DNA from: Eledone cirrhosa
Lineage: Eukaryota
Assembly (NCBI GenBank): GCA_964016885.1
Contig: OZ024740.1
Span: forward strand, 417,384,001-417,448,000
DNA length: 64,000 bases
Direction: 5' to 3'
The notes under the pieces were generated by a model, which was given only the letters and a program-made list of their open reading frames with translations, had not been told where the DNA came from and did no database searches. A program made the position numbers and the translations under genes. Shown one piece after another: positions 28,001 through 40,477 of the stretch (within the stretch, counting starts at the first letter, position 1; each line of letters opens with the position of its first letter).

Positions 28001-28660
28001 GTCAGGTCACCAGTTGGTGCTACTGGTAACATGTATCCCAGTACAACCTGTCTCATGGTCGGGTCGTTGGCGACTAGACTGACAATCCCACCAAGGTTTC
28101 TTGGTGAGGAGGGTGACTTTGGACATCCTGCAGGACTAAAAACAAAACCTGTCAAAGGGCAAAGGAGCTCTTAAGAGTCAATGGCCATCCAAAATCACCG
28201 GGAGAGATGACCCCATAACCTTTGTCAAGGCAGAATTCTAGAAGGAAAATTCTGATATAACACCTGCAACCCAGATGGTATCCAATGATGTTGACTTGTT
28301 CTTCTTTTTGGTAAATATCATCTTGGTTAAGAGAGTGGGACTGGCTTTGTGCAGTGCCTTTGCTCACTATAAAAGCTTCACGGCACAGGCATTGCTTTAT
28401 ATCTGGAGATCTCTCTGCACTTGTCGTCACATGGTACCATGAGCCCAGCACTATGTGTCAATAATTGTCACAAGTGTAGTGTTTGTACCAGAGTTTTTAA
28501 GTCGCTGGCTGGACTAAAAAGTCACACTCATTCAGCGCATCGGTAGGGGTTCTCCTACATGGATATAAAGTAGTGGCCGTACTCGAAAACGAGTTGGCAG
28601 CCACCATGTATGTATGTATGTATGTATGTATGTATGTATGTATGTATGTATGTATGTATG
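28001..28660 (+). mobile_element. Non-autonomous bipartite RTE-type retroposon (5'UTR plus ORF2 C-terminal zinc finger plus 3'UTR, (ATGT)n tail)
   Basis: CTAG(G)AGAAGGAAAACTCTGA RTE-like 5'UTR motif; CSVCTRVFKSLAGLKSHTHSAHR* at 28475-28546; copies at 28911-29306 (+) and 32631-33040 (-). Confidence 0.65.
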
Positions 28661-28782
28661 TTATCTCTTTCTCTTAATTTCGAGTATATTTTTTTTGACC
28701 GGCCACCTTCCTGGTGGCAAGGTTGTAAAAAAAAAGAAATTGTCATCTCTTGAATCGCAAGAATGTTTTGCAAATTTTGCAA

Positions 28783-28813
<31 letters not shown>

Positions 28814-28910
28814 TGTATGTATGTATGTATGTATGTATCTATGTATGTATGTATGTATGTATGTATGTATCTATGTATCTATGTATGTATGTATGTATGT
28901 ATGTATGTAT

Positions 28911-29306
28911 GTCAAGGCAGAATTCTAGGAGAAGGAAAACTCTGATATAACACCTGCAACCCTGATGGTATCCAATGATGTTGACTTGTTCTTCTTTTTT
29001 GTAAATATCATCTTGGTTAAGAGAGTGGGACTGGCTTTGTGCAGTGCCATTGCTCACTATAAAAGCTTCACGGCACAGGCATTGCTTTATATCTTGAGAT
29101 CTCTCTGCACTTGTCGTCACATGGTACCATGGGCCCAGCACTATGTGTCAATAATTGTCACAAGTGTAGTGTTTGTACCAGAGTTTTCAAGTCGCTGGCT
29201 GGACTAAAAAGTCACACTCATTCAGCGCATCGGTAGGGTTCTCCTACATGGATATAAAGTAGTGGCCGTACTCGAAAACGAGTTGGCAGCCACCATGTAT
29301 GTATGT
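28911..29306 (+). mobile_element. 5'-truncated copy of the bipartite RTE derivative
   Basis: Near-identical to 28223-28606, flanked by (ATGT)n. Confidence 0.75.
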
Positions 29307-29310
29307 TTAT

Positions 29311-29850
29311 GTCGGGTCACTCTTGAGTGCTACTGGTAACATGTAACCCAGTACAACCTGTCGCATGGTCGGGTCGTCGGCGACTAAACCGGCAACCCCA
29401 CCAAGTTTCCTTGGTGAGGAGAGTGATTTTGGACACCCTGCAGGACAAAAAACAAAACCTGACAAAGGGCGGAAGAACTCATAAGAGTCAACGGCCATCG
29501 AAAGGGTGTAAATATGTATATACACATGTACCGCGCGGTTAAACCACTGGGAGTGAAGGACCCCTAGTCTTTATCAGGGCATTCTTCTAGGAGAAGGCAA
29601 CTCAGGAAACTGGGATAACTCCGATATAAAACCTGCGGCTCAGTAGTTACCGATGATGTTGATCTTTTCTTCTTTATGGGTTATAGCTACTGTCGCTCAG
29701 AGAGTGGGATTGGCTCAGTGTACAGTCTTTCCTCACTTTAAAAAATATCTTCACGCACAAGCATTGCACGATAGAATTAATTAATAATTATTAATAATGG
29801 TATATCGTGCAATGGCCATACTCGATAACGAGGGGTCAGCCATCATGTAT
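29311..29850 (+). mobile_element. Second non-autonomous RTE derivative (shared 5' part and 3' stem-loop, no zinc finger)
   Basis: Homologous to 28001-28390, then TGGCCATACTCGATAACGAGGGGTCAGCCATCATGTATG; fragments at ~30460-30570 and 31850-31910. Confidence 0.6.
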
Positions 29851-30033
29851 GCATGTATATATATATTTTCCTAAAGGAAAATCTGCTTCGTAGAATCAAG
29901 ACGTATGAGGACCTTGCGATTTTCAGAGTCAGGTTCGATCATCACGTCGATCGTGCTTCGAGCTGGTCGCCAGAGAAACGATTGTAATATGTCCAATAAA
30001 TTCCATTCGTCGCAACACTGATTCTCTTTTTTT

Positions 30034-30085
<52 letters not shown>

Positions 30086-30100
30086 GTAAAATATTATATA

Positions 30101-30305
30101 TAATATAGAAATGGCTTCTACAGGACTAGAACTGTTTCATTCGGGAGAAATCATCAGGGAAGCCCTACATTAGGGCTTTCCTGATGATTTCTCCCGAATG
30201 AAACAGTTATAGTTCTGTAGAAGCCATTTCTATATTAAATATTTATACTCTGCTATGTATTGAGTACGTTACTTACTGTGGTTACCCCCGACTAAACCTG
30301 GGATA

Positions 30306-30310
<5 letters not shown>
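30101..30310. mobile_element. Fold-back PLE-type 3' fragment with two inverted HHRs (30113-30164 minus; 30174-30225 plus)
   Basis: ggcttc-c CTGATGA tttc-tccc-gaat GAAA cag-ttctagtc-ctg TA gaagcc; partial copies near 4115-4195 and 15340-15387. Confidence 0.75.
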
Positions 30311-30342
<32 letters not shown>

Positions 30343-30569
30343 ATGTTTTGTTATGTCCCAATGTACACTGGAATGAATGGTATTGATATAAATGATTCGA
30401 AACCATAGTGATTTCGAGAAGTTGACTGAGGATGTGGGACTGTCCGTCATTCCGTTGGGGTTTTATTCATTGTCTTGTCGCTAAGAGAGAGGGATTGACT
30501 CAGTGCACAGTCTTTCCTCACTTTTAAAAATATCTTCACGCACAGGCATTGCACGATAGAATTAATTAA

Positions 30570-30750
30570 TTGTTTCTACTTTAGGCACAAGGCCAGCAAT
30601 TACCCAGTACATTACTGGGACTTTAATTTATCGACCCCGTAAGGATGAAAGGCAAAGTTAACCTCAGCGGGATTTGAACTCAAACCGTAAAGGGACGTAA
30701 CTATGCTAGAAAGCATGGCGTCCAACCCTCTACCGATACTGCCACCAGAC
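30570..30750 (-). mobile_element. SINE family 2
   Basis: Full head-core-tail homology to 2146-2290. Confidence 0.8.
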
Positions 30751-30751
30751 G

Positions 30752-31265
30752 CAAGAGGCAGAGAAACACCCAAGGCAAGTACTTCCTTAAAATCCCACAC
30801 CTGGGCGAGAAAACCACCAACGCTATCCGCAGGGCTATACGGAGAGAGGGCTTCGACATCCGCCTGGCCCACTCGGGCCCCTCCCTACTGAGATGCCTCT
30901 CCAGGAAGCCAGGGAAATCGACTGACGCGTGTTCCCTCAGAAACTGTCCGATGCGCCATACGAACTGTTGCTTACGCACATACGTTATATACAAGGTAGA
31001 ATGTGACAAGTGCAACCACTACTATGTCGGTAGCACAATCCGGCCGCTATATATCCGGATCAAGGAGCATATCAACACCAGGGCCTCGTCTTTCTGGAAA
31101 CACATTAATAAATGCGGAAACAAAGACGGAAAGCCCATTGTCACAGTGCTAGCGACAGAACGCAACGTCGGCACGTTTCGAATCAAGGAAGCACTTTTGA
31201 TCAAACGCCTAGGACCACAAATAAATAACCGATCCGAGAGAAGCGAGACGAGGTGGCTGGTGTAA
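30752..31265 (+). pseudogene. PLE GIY-YIG endonuclease fragment (distinct, GC-richer family)
   Basis: CLRTYVIYKVECDKCNHYYVGSTIRPLYIRIKEH..H..IKEALLIKRLGPQINNR. Confidence 0.8.
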
Positions 31266-31281
31266 ACAAACGAGACAACAG

Positions 31282-31329
<48 letters not shown>

Positions 31330-32136
31330 GGCATTCGAACGATTGTTATTGTGTGTTTAGCGCACCCACCATCCACCGACCAACAAGCGACCAGACAGAC
31401 TACTACACTGCTAGACCAGTAGATATAGATAGTACAATGGATTGACAGCTAACGCCATCCCACTCCCACAATAAAGAGGAGCTGCTTTGACCTTTGCTTG
31501 ACCGCACCTATTCTACGCGCACATACGCTCTACAGAATACCTCAGTTACACACAAACAGCGAACAACAGAGGCCACGTACCGTTCCTCTCCAGCAGATCC
31601 CCCCCTCCCTCGGAACCCCCCCCCCCCCAGTTTATGGATGCGAATCCGAAATATAGGGACAATTAAATCTCTCATGTTATTATTTTTATTTTTTACGCTC
31701 TTTCCTACGTTCCTCTACACACTATACATCTCATTCTACACTCCCTTACATCTCTCTCTTCACCACCGGATTCTGTTACCCGGAGATTTACCCATCTGCA
31801 TTGTTGAGGCTTCCAAAACGACAAAAAAAATATTTATATATATTTTAATAATTATTAATAATGGTATATCGTGCAATGGCCATACTCGATAACGAGGGGG
31901 TAGCCATCATATATATATGTATATATATCAAGGAAACAAAAAACGAACAAATAAGAGGATGCAATAACATGAAGTTGTATTAGTTTCACGCTTGGAGGAA
32001 GAAGAATGAGTTATATAGTCAACATATCGGGTATTTACCCTTCATCAGGAAAAACACAAAAGGAAAATAGCAAAGAAAATAAAAAATAAAAAAAGTTGTT
32101 GAAATAAAATTAGAAAAAAAAGTAGAGGGGGAGAGC

Positions 32137-32191
<55 letters not shown>

Positions 32192-32237
32192 CGTGTGTGC
32201 GTGCGTGCGTGCGTGCGTGCGTGCGTGTGCGCGCGCG

Positions 32238-32280
<43 letters not shown>

Positions 32281-32370
32281 GGTAAACAGAAATAGCAAAA
32301 ATAACAAAACAAACGGCACAGTAGATGGAAGAAATATATTAGTTTAACGCTTGAAATAGCAGGAAGAGAG

Positions 32371-32406
32371 TCTTAATGTTTCGAACACTAGTCCTTCATC
32401 AGAAGA
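32371..32406 (-). ncRNA. Minimal hammerhead (family J)
   Basis: Reverse complement: tctt CTGATGA aggac-tagt-gttc GAAA ca TT aaga; a degenerate sister (GATA) at ~32017-32052. Confidence 0.6.
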
Positions 32407-32630
32407 TAATGTCAGAAATAAAAGATAAATAGAAAGCTAAGAGTGATAAGAGGAAGAAAGGGGTAAAATGAGAAGAAAAAAATGGGGAGAAAAAATCACA
32501 CGTACATATATATATATATATACTTATATACACATACATACACATACACACACATACACACATACATACATACATACATACATACATACATACATACATA
32601 CATACATACATACATACATACATACATACA

Positions 32631-33040
32631 TGGTGGCTGCCAACTCGTTTTCGAGTACGGCCACTACTTTATATCCATGTAGGAGAACCCCTACCGATGC
32701 GCTGAACGAGTGTGACTTTTTAGTCCAGCCAGCGTGTTGAAAACTCTGGTACAAACACTACACTTGTGACAATTATTGACACATAGTGCTGGGCCCATGG
32801 TACCATGTGATGACAAGTGCAGAGAGATCTCCAGATATAAAGCAATGCCTGTGCCGTGAAGCTTTTATAATGAACAAAGGCACTGCACAAAGCCAGTCCC
32901 ACTCTCTTAACCAAGATGATATTTACCAAAAAGAAGAACAAGTCAACATCATTGGATACCATCAGGGTTGCAGGTGTTACATCAGAGTTTTCCTTCTAGA
33001 ATTCTGCCTTGACAAAGGCTAAGGGGTCATCTCTCCCGCT
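32631..33040 (-). mobile_element. Bipartite RTE derivative copy
   Basis: Reverse complement of ~28200-28606 with (ACAT)n tail. Confidence 0.75.
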
Positions 33041-34672
33041 GCACCTCCTCCAACCTAGTCTATGGACTTCGCTGCAGGGAATGTAGCACAACCTACGTCG
33101 GACAGACTGGACGTCACCTGGCGGACCGTTTCACTGAACACCTCCGGGATATTCGTCTCGACGGGAGTTCCCCCATAGCCCGCCACTTAGGCTCCCTGGA
33201 CATTCCGCCCACCACCTCACAGTCTGTGGCCTACTCCAATGTCATGGAACATCCGCCACCCGCCTCACGGTCGAACAATGCACCATCTTCACCCTACAGA
33301 CCTCCCCTCCTTGTCTGAACTCCCCACCTCTATTCCTTTAGCCTTCTACCCTCCCCCACACACACAACATACCCCACTAACACCCCTAATAAACTCCTCC
33401 TTTTCACCGCCCCACCTCTTTGGCCCACAACTAATGAACACACGCACATGAACACACCCCATCACACACACACTCATCCACACCTACCTACACCACCAAC
33501 CCAACACACCCAACCACCACTAACACCTACTTACATACCCGCATTCAACCCTTTCCCCACCGCCAGTAATACTAACACCCACTAACACCCACTCTATCAC
33601 ACACACACACACTATTCCAAACACGCACACACACACCAGTACACTACACTCCCTCCTCCGTCCTCAACACCTTTTCTCTCCCTCTCCCCGCTCCACCTAC
33701 ACCCCTTCACACACACATCCCACTTACACCTCTACTAATATAAACCCCATCCCCCCACATCACCACCTTCCCCCTCCACCTTTCACACCTACCCATCCTC
33801 ACCCCTGTCCACCGCACCTCCGCACACACAGACACACAGTCCTCACCACATACAGACCGTTTCTCCATCTGTCATCCTCCTCTACTGCTATCTCTTCAGC
33901 ATGTCTTGACCCTCTGACCACTTCCTGTTGCGCGCGCACCCTAAATCTCCACACTTCCGACCACCACAACTAATCGATTCCACACCACCGGTCATCGTTC
34001 CAGCTATCCACTCTATGACATGAAAACTATCCAACACCTCATCGCACACTCCACGGAACTACCTTAGGAACTTACCCACGAACAAACACTCACATTCTTT
34101 TTCGAACCACGCCACCTACGTCCACACCACGTATAAACACAAACACACGTGCGCATATATACACACTCAGCCTCCGGACCCCCCCTAACCCCTCTGACCC
34201 CTCTCCATCCACACGCACGCACACACCGACTTACACCCCACCTCACACACACACCTTTTCCTGAACATGGAACCTCGTTCTTCCCCCAATTCTCACATTC
34301 ACATACACACGCACACACACATACATAAACACCACCTTCAGCCCTCCCCGCTCGGACCCCCGCCTCCCTCTCCCAACTCCACCCGCCACCACTCCTACAC
34401 GCCTCATACCCTTCCACCACTTGTTTATTTTTATTTTTATTTGTACTTCTTCAATCGTTTTTCCTCCCTTTTCTCGCCCCCCTTTTCTAAATGTCTTTCC
34501 ACCATTCCTCCACACACCCTCGGAACTCTCTTCCTACCCACTTTTCTCCTGATGAAGGGCTTATGCCCGAAACGCCCCCCCCCCCCCACACACACACTCT
34601 CTCAAAAGCGTGAACCTAATAAACTCTTATTTGTACTACCTCTCTGTTTTTGTTCCCGTCTAAATTTTAACT

Positions 34673-34680
<8 letters not shown>
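33040..34680 (+). mobile_element. Degenerate PLE: GIY-YIG fragment, C/A-rich UTR, partial HHR at 34545-34575
   Basis: CTSSNLVYGLRCRECSTTYVGQTGRHLADRFTEHLRDI; CTGATGA agggc-ttat-gccc GAAA cg; homologous UTR at 40475-40910 (-). Confidence 0.7.
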
Positions 34681-34761
<81 letters not shown>

Positions 34762-34769
34762 TGAGGAAC

Positions 34770-35185
34770 GATCGACGTTCGTCAAATCGGACCGAGGGAA
34801 CAATGTTTCCGTTGGTCTTTCCAATTGCTAATACTATCTATCGGTCGCAACTCCAGGTAGAAGGAGCAACGTGAAATAAAGTGTCTTGCTCAAGAACATA
34901 ACGCGTCGCCTGGTCCAGGAATCGAACTCACAACCTTACGATTGCGAATCCAATTCTCTAACCACTCAGCCACACGCCTTCACTATATATATATATATAG
35001 TAATAATTGTTTCTACTTTGGGCACAAGGCCAGCAAATTACCCAGTACATTACTGGTATTTTATTTTATCGACCCCGTAAGGATGAAAGGCAAAGTTAAC
35101 CTCGGCGGGATTTGAACTCAGACCGTAAAAGGACGTAACTATGCTGGAAAGCATGGCGTCCGACTCTCTACTGATACTGCCAAGT
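34770..35185 (-). mobile_element. SINE family 1 (34770-34980) and SINE family 2 (35000-35185)
   Basis: GTGAAATAAAGTGTCTTGCTCAAGAACA..ATCGAACTCAC; GGCACAAGGCC..GGATTTGAACTCAG. Confidence 0.75.
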
Positions 35186-35214
35186 GAAGACTTTGCTTAA
35201 ACTTTAATCTGTTA

Positions 35215-35289
<75 letters not shown>

Positions 35290-35346
35290 TCCTGAAAACA
35301 ATGAAATAAACACAAAGAAAAAGTTCGTTATATTAAAAAATTCATC

Positions 35347-35473
35347 ATTTTACGATCGTTTCTGGGATGTATATGTGTGTTGGTGTGTATATCATATAGA
35401 TCTATGTAAAAATATTACAAATTATCAGAAGAAATATACATACCTTCACATATACATGCCGTCTTCAGAAAAT
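35347..35473 (-). ncRNA. Hammerhead with extended (~100-nt) stem II (family F), inside fold-back 35290-35610
   Basis: Reverse complement: atttt CTGAAGA cggcatgtatatgtg...cacatatacatccca GAAA cgatcg TA aaat; degenerate copy at ~27477-27611. Confidence 0.6.
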
Positions 35474-35904
35474 TTTCATTTCCTCTGATAATTTGTAATA
35501 TTTTTACATAGATCTATATGATATACATCCCAGAAACGATCGTAAAATGATGAATTTTTTAATATAACGAACTTTTTCTTTGTGTTTATTTCATTGTTTT
35601 CATGAATTTATCTTGACTCTGTTTTCCTATGATTTTTATCGTAAATTTTTGAATGCATCTTTTCTTTTCATGATATCTTCTATATTTGGATTACATTGAG
35701 TTCTTCATACGGATTGGACACTACCGTATATTTTGTTAGATTTATCTACATATATATATATATATATGTACATATATATAGAAATTGTTGTAGCGAGAAG
35801 CTATATATATTTGACAGTTGATCGACTTTCGTCAAATCAGACCAAGGAAACAATGTTTCCGTTGGTCTTTCTAATTGCTAATACTATCTATCAATCGCAA
35901 CTGC

Positions 35905-35961
<57 letters not shown>

Positions 35962-36041
35962 GTAATAATAATAATAATAAATGTGAAGACTTTGCTTAAA
36001 CTTTAATCTGTTATTTTAATATATATATATATATATATATA

Positions 36042-36489
36042 CTAGCAGAGGTACCCGGCGCTGCTCGGGTATTAAATAGCAGTTATGTATACCATTTATG
36101 TCAACACTTCAGTGCTGCTTGGAAAACTATACTTTTACAAAATCATCGGCTTTTTCCAAAAGGGGGTTCCTATCCCCCGGGGTCCCCTACTCAATATGTG
36201 CCAATTCTGAGAGTTCACATTCATCTGTAGAACAAACGTAGCCCATGTGTCAAGTTTTGTGAAAATCGGTTGAGAACTCCAGAAGTTATGACGTTTTGTT
36301 GCATTGCAGTGCAGTGCTTCAGTCAACTCCAAGGAAGTGGTTAAAGGGGGTTATCTGCCGGGAGGCTCTATAATCAATATCTGGGAAAATGAAAGTGCCC
36401 ATGACCATCCGGAGTACATAAATAACCTGTCTTAAGTTTGGTGAAAATACTGTAGAAATGCATAAGGTCTACACACGCGCGCGCGCGCA

Positions 36490-36524
<35 letters not shown>

Positions 36525-37387
36525 TTGTGTGTGCGTATGTATATGTATGTGTATGTCCGTCGGCGCATACGTATGTACTGACCTAAATCTTCACTATTTA
36601 CTTTTACTATGTTAAGGCAAAGTTAAAATCCCGTCGAGGTTAACTTTGCCTTTTATCCATACGGGGTCGATAAAATAAAGTACCAGTAATGTACTGGGTA
36701 ATTACTGGCCTTGTGCCAAAAGTAGAAACAACTATTTTAATAACCTCAGTCATTTTCGTTTACAGTTTTATTTACATCATTCTTAAACTTGGGGGCTGGA
36801 AATCATTCTAAATAGAATATTAGTCTAACAACTCCATTTATACCATAAACTTGGTCTTCCCTTTGCATGAAATTGTTCTTATCGGTCCACATAACGACGT
36901 ATTATCCTCGCTTAATAGATTTAACTCTTGCTGGAACGCTGCACGAACACACACACACACACACGCACGCACGCACACACACACACACACCCACACATGT
37001 TCATTAGTTATAGCATTCCTTCCCCTCTTCCACTGTCATGTATCAAACACAGCGTCTGTCACTCTCTCTCTCTCGCGCTCTCTCTCTCTCCCGCTATCCC
37101 CCTCTTTTAGTATGTCTGTTTCTTTCACTCTCACTCTTTCTTTTTCATTTTTATAGATATAGAGGTTGATTTTTTCTGTGCAAAGTCGTACCTATAGTCA
37201 GTTTTATCGATTTTTTACCTGGGCAAAGGGGGAGTCGATCATTCGCAATGTCACACCGACCTGCCCTGATAAGTTTGTGGTTGATTACAAAAACAATTTT
37301 GAAAATCGGCCTTGCGGATCAAAAGTTGCTGCGGAACAGACACACCCCACACAGACAGACAGACATTTTCATTTTTATAGATATAGA
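36042..37387 (-). mobile_element. Non-autonomous Helitron (contains a SINE at ~36620-36732)
   Basis: Minus strand starts TCTATATC and ends with hairpin CCCGAGCAGCGCCGGG then CTAG|T; 36042-36910 is homologous to 41775-42580. Confidence 0.7.
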
Positions 37388-37919
37388 CTAGCAGAAAACC
37401 AGCAGGTGGGCGGTTTTCTGCTAGCAAATCTAGTGTATATACTGATATTGTTGAGATTTGGATGAGAAATTGAACTAATCAAACGTATTAATCAAATCCC
37501 GCAGCTCCAGACTAAGGTTATGGAACTGCGCAATCTGATTAATAAATTACCTCATCAGCAGCAACCTTCTTCAAATGGTCCTTATTATCAGCAGCAACAC
37601 CACAAATTCAATGGCAACCTTCTTCAAACCACAAATTCAATGGCAACCTTCTTCAAACGGTCCTTGGCATGGTGTCAGGTCAGAACCGCCTCGAACTGGT
37701 TACTTCTGGCTCGTGCAAGGTGTCTCTATAGCAACCAGCGATTCCCTCGGCCTCAGTGACCAAAGTCAGTGGAGAGGGGAAGGTAATGTTTCTATAGCGA
37801 CAGTGTTTCTCTTGGTAGTACCAAAGTGGAGAAAGGAAGGGGAAGGTAATATTTCTGTAGCACCTACATTTGAGTTTTAGGGACGGACAGACAGACAGAC
37901 AGACAAACAGAGAAATGCC

Positions 37920-37929
37920 CATATATTTC

Positions 37930-37964
<35 letters not shown>

Positions 37965-38049
37965 TACACACACAGAAATGTATATATATTTCTGTGTGTG
38001 TATATATATATATATATATATTACACACACAGAAATGTATATATATTTC

Positions 38050-38096
<47 letters not shown>

Positions 38097-38390
38097 CACA
38101 CACAGAAATGTATATATGTTTCTGTGTGTATATATATATATATTACACACACAGAAATGTATATATATTTCTGTGTGTATGTATATATATTTCTGAGTGT
38201 GTATATATATATATATTACACACACAGAAATGTATATATATTTCTGTGTGTGTATATATATATATTACACACACAGAAATGTATATATATTTCTGTGTGT
38301 ATATATATATATTACACACACAGAAATGTATATATATTTCTGTGTGTATATATATATATTACACACACAGAAATGTATATATATTTCTTA
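37920..38390. repeat. Tandem array of palindromic units TTTCTGTGTGTG(TA)nTTACACACACAGAAATG
   Basis: About 8 units with variable (TA)n loop; more at 38950-39125. Confidence 0.85.
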
Positions 38391-38509
38391 GAACAAAATT
38401 ATTATTAATGTTTTGCTGTTCATAACAATTGGAATTGAAAAAATTACTTTTGAAATTATTAGTTATTTTACTAATGCTTAGATATGTAAAAATGAAGCAA
38501 TGTTTCTAA

Positions 38510-38685
38510 TAATTGTTTCTACTTTTGGCACCAGGCCAGTACATTACTGGTACTTTATTTTATCGACCGCGTGAGGATGAAAGGCAAAGTTAACCTCGGC
38601 GGTATTTGAACTCAGACCGTAAAGGGACGTAACTCCATGCTATGAAGCATGGTGTCTGACTCTCTACAGATTCTGCCAATCCACC
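38510..38685 (-). mobile_element. SINE family 2
   Basis: Homology to 35000-35185. Confidence 0.75.
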
Positions 38686-38977
38686 GCCCTAATGTCTGTA
38701 CGTAATGAGGGAGTGAGAGGGGAGAGAAATAAAGGCAGAGGTGAAGTGACGAAGTGACGCTCTCCGCCTCCTCCTCCTCCATCTCCCCATTCGTCACAGC
38801 GATAGAGGGGAGGAATGTTAGTGTGTTACAAAGAGAAAGAGTGAGAGTGAGAGAAACAGACAGACTAAAAGAGAGGGATAGCCGAAGAGAGAGAGATAGC
38901 AACAGATACAGTACAGTAGCTAAGGGATGTATATATATATATATATATACACACACACGGAAATATATATATATTTC

Positions 38978-39028
<51 letters not shown>

Positions 39029-39425
39029 CACACACAGAAATGTATATATATTTCTGTGTGTATATATATATATTTCTGTGCGTGTATATATATATTACAC
39101 ACACACAGAAATGTATATATGTTTCTGTAGCACTCCTCAATTCCACCCTCTCTCCCTCCCGCTATCCCCCTCTCGTAGTCTGTCTCTTTCTTTCACTCTC
39201 ACTCTACGCGTGCGCAAAACACATTCGCACGCGCGCACGTGTTTTAGCGTCTATTCACTCTCTCTCTCTCCCTCTCTCCCTCCCGCTATCCCCCTCTCGT
39301 AGTCTGTCTCTTTCTTTCACTCTCACTCTCTCTCTACGCGTGCGCAAAAAACATTCGCACGCGCGCACGTGTTTCCACTGTCGGACAGAGAGACAGAGAA
39401 ATTGCTGGTTATATATTATAAGGAG

Positions 39426-39459
<34 letters not shown>

Positions 39460-39554
39460 GCACACACGCACGCACACACACACACACGCGCGCGCACACA
39501 CACACGCACGCACACACACACACACACACACACATACACGCACGCACACACACA

Positions 39555-39586
<32 letters not shown>

Positions 39587-40348
39587 CACACATGCACACG
39601 CGCGCACGCACACACGCCCCCCCCCACACACACATACATTATAGCAAAGCTAAAGCTGACAGTGACAATGAAGAAATTCCGAATACATTTTGATAAAACG
39701 ATCTCCAAGGTTTAAGAACCTTAATACTATTTCACCGTTTCACCATTATCCTAGGAATCAGACGACGGTCAGATAGTCAGACAGTCTGGCGTCCTCAGCC
39801 CAGTATTATAATCAGAGTCTAAAGTTAACGTTGAAAGCTAGCTGTCTGCTTAACGTGACTTGTAGGCAACTTTCTGAAACACTGTCGAATATCTAAGAAC
39901 AATCTGTTATTGTATGTTGATAAAGAAGAATTTATGTATAGCTATATATACAATAGCACAATCTTACCGGTTCCTATACATCTAAAATTCTGCATGTATT
40001 AGAATCCAAGTGAGGACTACAATTTCGATTGGCTAATACATGGATGGGTGTTTGAAGAAACGTCAATAACATAAGGGAGAGAGATAAAGATATATATAGA
40101 AGAGAAACGGGGAGAGAAATGGAGGAGAGAGAGCAAAGTGAAGAAAGAAGGTTTCTGATGGGTGTTTGAAGAAACGTCAATTACACATCAAAAACTTTCT
40201 TTCTTCACTTTGCTCTCTCTCCCTCTCTCTCTTCTCCATTTCTCTCCCCGTCTCTCTTCTATATATATATCTTTATCTCTCTCCCTTTCTCCTTCATCTA
40301 TCTCCCTATCTCTCTTCCTCCCTCATCTCTTTCTGTCACCCTCTTTCC

Positions 40349-40477
<129 letters not shown>

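Noticed and set aside
37520-37759. Gln-rich ORF
   Set aside because: Short, built on an internal tandem duplication, no recognisable domain or splice context
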